From contig DCBD01000028.1 in the NCBI GenBank assembly GCA_002313355.1, forward strand, positions 1 to 41,523: a stretch of 41,523 nt of DNA, in the 5' to 3' direction. The position numbers were made by a program, and so were the translations under genes. Position 1 is the first letter of the stretch. Each line of letters opens with the position of its first letter. The DNA comes from Opitutia bacterium UBA1116. GTDB taxonomy: Bacteria; Verrucomicrobiota; Verrucomicrobiia; Opitutales; UBA1977. Below the pieces are notes generated by a model. The model saw only the letters and a list, made by a program, of their open reading frames with translations. It was not told where the DNA came from and ran no database searches. Of this stretch, positions 37,919 through 41,523 are shown one piece after another.

Positions 37919-39205
37919 CTAGCGAATTAACTCAAAGATGAAAAACGTTGTTGGCTGCTTTGCAGCTTGGCTTCCTGGGTCACCATTATCGCTGACGAGC
38001 ACGAGAATTTCTTTACCATTAGGAAGCTTCGTGTAGGTGATTCCTTCTACATTATAGTTATCAATGCTAACAGCTTTGCCATCGATTTCTTTAATTTCAG
38101 ATAAGTCCAAAATGAGCTCTTTATCCAGAGGCACGACGTCTTTAGGAATGCTATGCGCTCCCTTGTACTCACCGTAATCATCAAAACCAACAAGATTGGT
38201 CACTTCATCATCTACAGAAAAGCTATACAAACGAATAATCGACTTACTGATCCAAGCCTTCTTATCGTCCTTTTGACTTTCAGGCACATAGATCATATGC
38301 GTGCGCTCAATAGCAATAAACTCATTATCATCGATCGCTAAAATATCTGAAATCCCTGAGCTAGGCTTCTTAACCATGATAAGCTTCTCACCATTTTCAA
38401 GTGGCACATCCGACAAGCTCGTGAGCGGATGTCCATCCCCTTGCTTAAAGACATCTATTTTATAAGCATACTCTTCATTAGGCAAAAGCTTACCTCCTTT
38501 GAGCTCAAAAATGCTGAAACGTGTAAAGCGGTCCTTCAATGCTTGGTCTTGTAAAAGAGGTACTTCTGTCATCGTGGCAATTTCAGAATCATCACTGCCC
38601 GGAATAATCGTAATGCCTTCAATGCCTTTATTGCGCTCGACCCCTTGAACACCCTTACCCCACAAGCCCCATGTTGCAGGATTTAAACTTGCAGCGTTGC
38701 TAAAATGATCAGGCAAAGGGTAAGTAGCTACCTCGCGGCCGGATACATCAAACTCAATAACGGTAGGATGCACATTGAAAGAACTGATATCCTGCTCAGA
38801 TGAAATAAGTAAGTTTCCTTTCTGCATCAAAGCCATCCCTTCGGGGTCAATATCACCACCATCAATAACGGCACCTTCTTTATCTTTTAAAGCAACAACA
38901 CTATCCAGCTCGCCTTCTTTCACCACAGGAGGATAGACCTTGCCATCAAAACTCAATTGATTGAAACGCGCAAAATTCTTCATCTTTTCGCCATCAATCT
39001 TTTGGGTGCTCCAGCCACTATCATCTGAAAGCAAATAGATGACATCGGTATTTTCTGGCAGCATGGTCAGAGCAGATATCCCAATCAGCTTATTCTCCTT
39101 GGTCGTTGGAATAGCATTCATTCCAATGGGTTTTAACTCAACAGCCTTAGCAAGTAAGCCACCAACAATAATAAGTATCAGTGGCAATAATCTTTTTAGT
39201 TTCAT
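37919..39205 (-). CDS. Secreted 'esterase-like activity of phytase' family beta-propeller protein
   Basis: Signal peptide, GISAL, LSDD, DPEGM, ISSE, NKGIEG, GISDI, AIER, NVEGI, VSDN. Confidence 0.88.
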   Translation of the reverse strand: MKLKRLLPLILIIVGGLLAKAVELKPIGMNAIPTTKENKLIGISALTMLPENTDVIYLLSDDSGWSTQKIDGEKMKNFARFNQLSFDGKVYPPVVKEGELDSVVALKDKEGAVIDGGDIDPEGMALMQKGNLLISSEQDISSFNVHPTVIEFDVSGREVATYPLPDHFSNAASLNPATWGLWGKGVQGVERNKGIEGITIIPGSDDSEIATMTEVPLLQDQALKDRFTRFSIFELKGGKLLPNEEYAYKIDVFKQGDGHPLTSLSDVPLENGEKLIMVKKPSSGISDILAIDDNEFIAIERTHMIYVPESQKDDKKAWISKSIIRLYSFSVDDEVTNLVGFDDYGEYKGAHSIPKDVVPLDKELILDLSEIKEIDGKAVSIDNYNVEGITYTKLPNGKEILVLVSDNGDPGSQAAKQPTTFFIFELIR

Positions 39206-39242
39206 AGTACTTCCCCCTATTCGTTTAAGTTTTAATAAATAG

Positions 39243-39269
39243 ATGCGTGTGCATTTATCCTACACGCAT
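39243..39269 (-). terminator. Hairpin or possible weak terminator after the NYN gene
   Basis: ATGCGTGT-N11-ACACGCAT followed on the - strand by CTATTTATT. Confidence 0.4.
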
Positions 39270-39281
39270 TTCTATAAAATC

Positions 39282-39818
39282 TCAAACGCCACCTGAGATA
39301 TCATTATCTTTAATATCATCGAGAGCCTTCCAGGGGCTTTGGGTCGCCTGATTCCAGTTTTTATCGAGATTTTCGCGCTGCCGCTGAAGCTGACCTGTTT
39401 GGTGCTGATCCATCCCATCGAGCCACTCGGCAAGCCCTTCAGGGGAAAGAACCATGGCACCTGCAGAACCGATGGACTCTGCAAGCATGTGATCTCGTGT
39501 TACAACGGTTATTGAACGCGGATCCTTTGACCGGCAAACCATGTGTTCGATCAAGGTATCGGCCGATTCATCCGAAGGCGAAAAAACGCAGCTCAAGCTG
39601 CGTTCATTACCTGGATGCGTAATGGAAACTCGCTCCCCTTGGCCATCAAAAATAAGTGTAAGTTGCAAGCCTCGCAAATCGTGCAAAACCCGAACTTTTT
39701 GCAGAAGCCGTTCGCAAGCAGCTTCATAGCCACGTTGCTGAAGGATCGTCTTTAGCCATGGCCACTGATGAATGACGTTATAGCCGTCAACAATGACATG
39801 CGAGGTGCTCAAGAGCAC
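39282..39818 (-). CDS. NYN-domain ribonuclease, YacP/Rae1-like
   Basis: IVDGYNVI, LIFDG, SADTLIE, VVTRD acidic motifs. Confidence 0.88.
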   Translation of the reverse strand: MLLSTSHVIVDGYNVIHQWPWLKTILQQRGYEAACERLLQKVRVLHDLRGLQLTLIFDGQGERVSITHPGNERSLSCVFSPSDESADTLIEHMVCRSKDPRSITVVTRDHMLAESIGSAGAMVLSPEGLAEWLDGMDQHQTGQLQRQRENLDKNWNQATQSPWKALDDIKDNDISGGV

Positions 39819-39820
39819 CC

Positions 39821-40402
39821 CTACTTTTTAGTCTCTTCTTTAAGAATAGGCTTCTCGTCTGCCCACTCAATAATGCCCGTCTTAAGATTGATCATATTGA
39901 GGGTGAGCTTATAGGCCTCGCGGCGACGCTTGCTGCTACTTGTTGAGTATGAGACAATAGCACCCGTTACCATATATTCAGCACCAAGCTGCTGCCCCAT
40001 CTTAATGGCTGCATCTGGGTTCGTCATGCCACCGGTTTCTTGGTAAAGAAGCTCTGCACGCTGTGCATCGCGTGTAGATGCGTCAACAAAGCGAAACTTA
40101 CCCGAGCGAATCAAGCGAGTGCGGATAGAATCTGTAACTGAAACAGTATCAATATGTTGGTCGGTGCGATTTTGAATACGATCAACAACAAGGATAGGAC
40201 GCTCACTCTTTGTAATATCTACCGTTGAAGGCGATGTGAGCATGGAGTCGACCATAGTATCCGCGACGGCATTGACATCAGGGAGGTCAAAATCAAGCGT
40301 GAGGGATTGTGCTGTTCCGGGGTCTTGATAGGTAACCGGGCCTGTGCTGCAGGCAGCTAAAGTGAGGAGTGCAGAAATGAGAAGAAGATTAAGTGATTTC
40401 AT
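39821..40402 (-). CDS. lpoB: Penicillin-binding protein activator LpoB-type lipoprotein
   Basis: Lipobox LAAC, NRTDQHID, SGKFRFVD, GAEY..TG.I, LKTGIIEW; downstream of a ycfL-like gene. Confidence 0.85.
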   Translation of the reverse strand: MKSLNLLLISALLTLAACSTGPVTYQDPGTAQSLTLDFDLPDVNAVADTMVDSMLTSPSTVDITKSERPILVVDRIQNRTDQHIDTVSVTDSIRTRLIRSGKFRFVDASTRDAQRAELLYQETGGMTNPDAAIKMGQQLGAEYMVTGAIVSYSTSSSKRRREAYKLTLNMINLKTGIIEWADEKPILKEETKK

Positions 40403-40408
40403 GATGGA

Positions 40409-40909
40409 TTATTTGCTGTACTTAATAGGACGAATAAAAACGCGGAAGGACTTGGCCTCTGGAGAGTTAGATGTTCCCGTGACGGCAACTGTCTGGTAGC
40501 CGTACAGAGCAACGGTTTGCCAATTTTCGAGATTACTACTGATTTCCATGCCAAAATCATCGATCCAAACGAAGCGGTACTGAAGATCAACCTTAGTATC
40601 TGTGCGGTTCACAACACTGACTTGAACTTTTTTAATGCCGTTAAGGTCTGCGCCACGGATGTCACTGATGCGAAAAGAGTAACCGCGCATATCATCCTTG
40701 GTAATGGAATTTTTCTTGTCGAGCGTACCGTCACTCTTAAAACGGCCTTCAATCATGATACCGGACTTTGAGCCGAGCTTTTCCATCTCTAAAGAACCCT
40801 CTTTACGCTCACTGACATGGGGCGTCGAGCAGGCGGTAAAGACAAGGCAAACTACAAGAGCAAGGAAAGAAAGGCATTGTGTGTATGAGGATCGCATCCT
40901 GTCCATCAT
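40409..40909 (-). CDS. YcfL/DUF1425-family lipoprotein (start near 40909-40897, not 41269)
   Basis: Lipobox FTAC; LQYRFVWIDDFGMEI..W..L..SPEAKSFRVFI. Confidence 0.8.
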   Translation of the reverse strand: MMDRMRSSYTQCLSFLALVVCLVFTACSTPHVSERKEGSLEMEKLGSKSGIMIEGRFKSDGTLDKKNSITKDDMRGYSFRISDIRGADLNGIKKVQVSVVNRTDTKVDLQYRFVWIDDFGMEISSNLENWQTVALYGYQTVAVTGTSNSPEAKSFRVFIRPIKYSK

Positions 40910-40944
40910 TGAAAAAAGCCCCTTCGAGTCAAGATTGGACACGG

Positions 40945-41105
40945 TGTGGTAGACCCCAGAGTGAGAACCGTGTTTTGTGTGGTCGGCCACGTTCATTAAA
41001 GGGATGCGGGCGATTGGAGCACTGTGGTCGACCACGTTTTGAAGTGTGGTAGGACACAGCCCCACCCCATGTGTGTGGACCGTGGGAGCACTGTGGTAGG
41101 ACACA
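40945..41105 (+). repeat. Cluster of five co-oriented pseudo-palindromic 14-mers (TGTGGTMGRMCACR)
   Basis: 40945 TGTGGTAGACCCCA (1 mismatch), 40978 TGTGGTCGGCCACG, 41023 TGTGGTCGACCACG, 41045 TGTGGTAGGACACA, 41092 TGTGGTAGGACACA; GGAGCAC precedes two copies (41016, 41085); half-site TGTGGA at 41074. Confidence 0.9.
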
Positions 41106-41387
41106 GTCCGGACACCTGGTTGAGGCTGTCTTAAATAATAATTCAGTAATACATTATCAATAGAAAGCTTGCGTCGAATTTTGCACGGAATATCATAATA
41201 CCCTATCAAAAGAATCCCGAAATGATCCCAGATCCGATGAAATATTAAGCTATGCATGGGTAGAAACATAATGGATTCTGATATAAGCCTAGCATCTATC
41301 TATGTCAAAAATAAAACAAATTATACATAATCGAATCCCGGATAATAAATAATTCTACCTAGATCCCTAACATTAAGGTAAACAAGC

Positions 41388-41522
41388 CTAGTTACCATAA
41401 GCTTTGACGCCTATTGTAGTGCTCCCCAATAATTCAAGCAAAAGCTTGGGAGTAATCGGGTTTGTTTTGTAGCGTTCTTCAAAGGTATGCTCGAGGGATG
41501 AAGCCGAAGGGCTGCAGGCGGT
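41388..41522 (-). CDS. Possible 3' end of a gene entering from outside the window
   Basis: Open frame ...TACSPSASSLEHTFEERYKTNPITPKLLLELLGSTTIGVKAYGN*; too short to identify. Confidence 0.4.
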   Translation of the reverse strand, partial: TACSPSASSLEHTFEERYKTNPITPKLLLELLGSTTIGVKAYGN

Positions 41523-41523
41523 G

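Noticed and set aside
40945-41105. Repeat array as a CRISPR array
   Set aside because: Repeats are only 14 bp and degenerate, spacing is irregular (22-47 bp), and no cas genes are in the window
40930-41130. Repeat array as a CsrB/RsmY-like sRNA (about eight GGA words; CTGTG-GTAGGA-CACAG hairpin)
   Set aside because: Most GGAs lack the ANGGA context, no terminator follows, and the dispersed copies lack GGA and occur on both strands; a DNA site fits better, though an sRNA is not formally excluded
40910-41269. N-terminal 120-codon extension of the YcfL-like ORF in the track
   Set aside because: It would bury the lipoprotein signal peptide internally; the translated text merely reflects the DNA repeats and the AT-rich tract

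Overview
Densely packed bacterial chromosomal segment, mostly housekeeping genes: mfd (3' part), SurA-type PPIase, ClC antiporter, tRNA-Tyr, obgE, tRNA-Gly, recR, ybaB, a 31-aa bS22/COX24-like ORF missed by the track, rpsT, flagellin, rpoN, tsaB, fdxA, ffh, ispH, plsC, LMW phosphatase-rpiB-glyA, CBS-PPase, rsfS-nadD, exoD and ycfL-lpoB-NYN. Lineage-specific secreted or effector-like orphans are interspersed. Gene content suggests Verrucomicrobiota (Opitutia-like), possibly host-associated; this is inference. No CRISPR array, IS element or rRNA was seen. The most striking unexplained signal is a pseudo-palindromic 14-16 bp DNA motif, TGTGGTMGRMCACR. It occurs five times in about 160 bp next to an AT-rich tract at 40.9-41.4 kb. 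It also recurs as exact consensus matches inside mfd, recR and an orphan gene encoding a phage-replication-initiator-like wHTH protein, making it a candidate new parS/iteron-like chromosome-organising system. Other highlights are a sodium:solute symporter fused to a CqsS/LqsS-like sensor with a His-less kinase core; a module of MshEN-like protein, degenerate NtrC-like regulator, Ser/Thr kinase and rpoN; a sigma28/CsrA-controlled minimal flagellin; and a signal-peptide-bearing tailspike-like beta-helix protein. All calls are by eye and no database searches were run.
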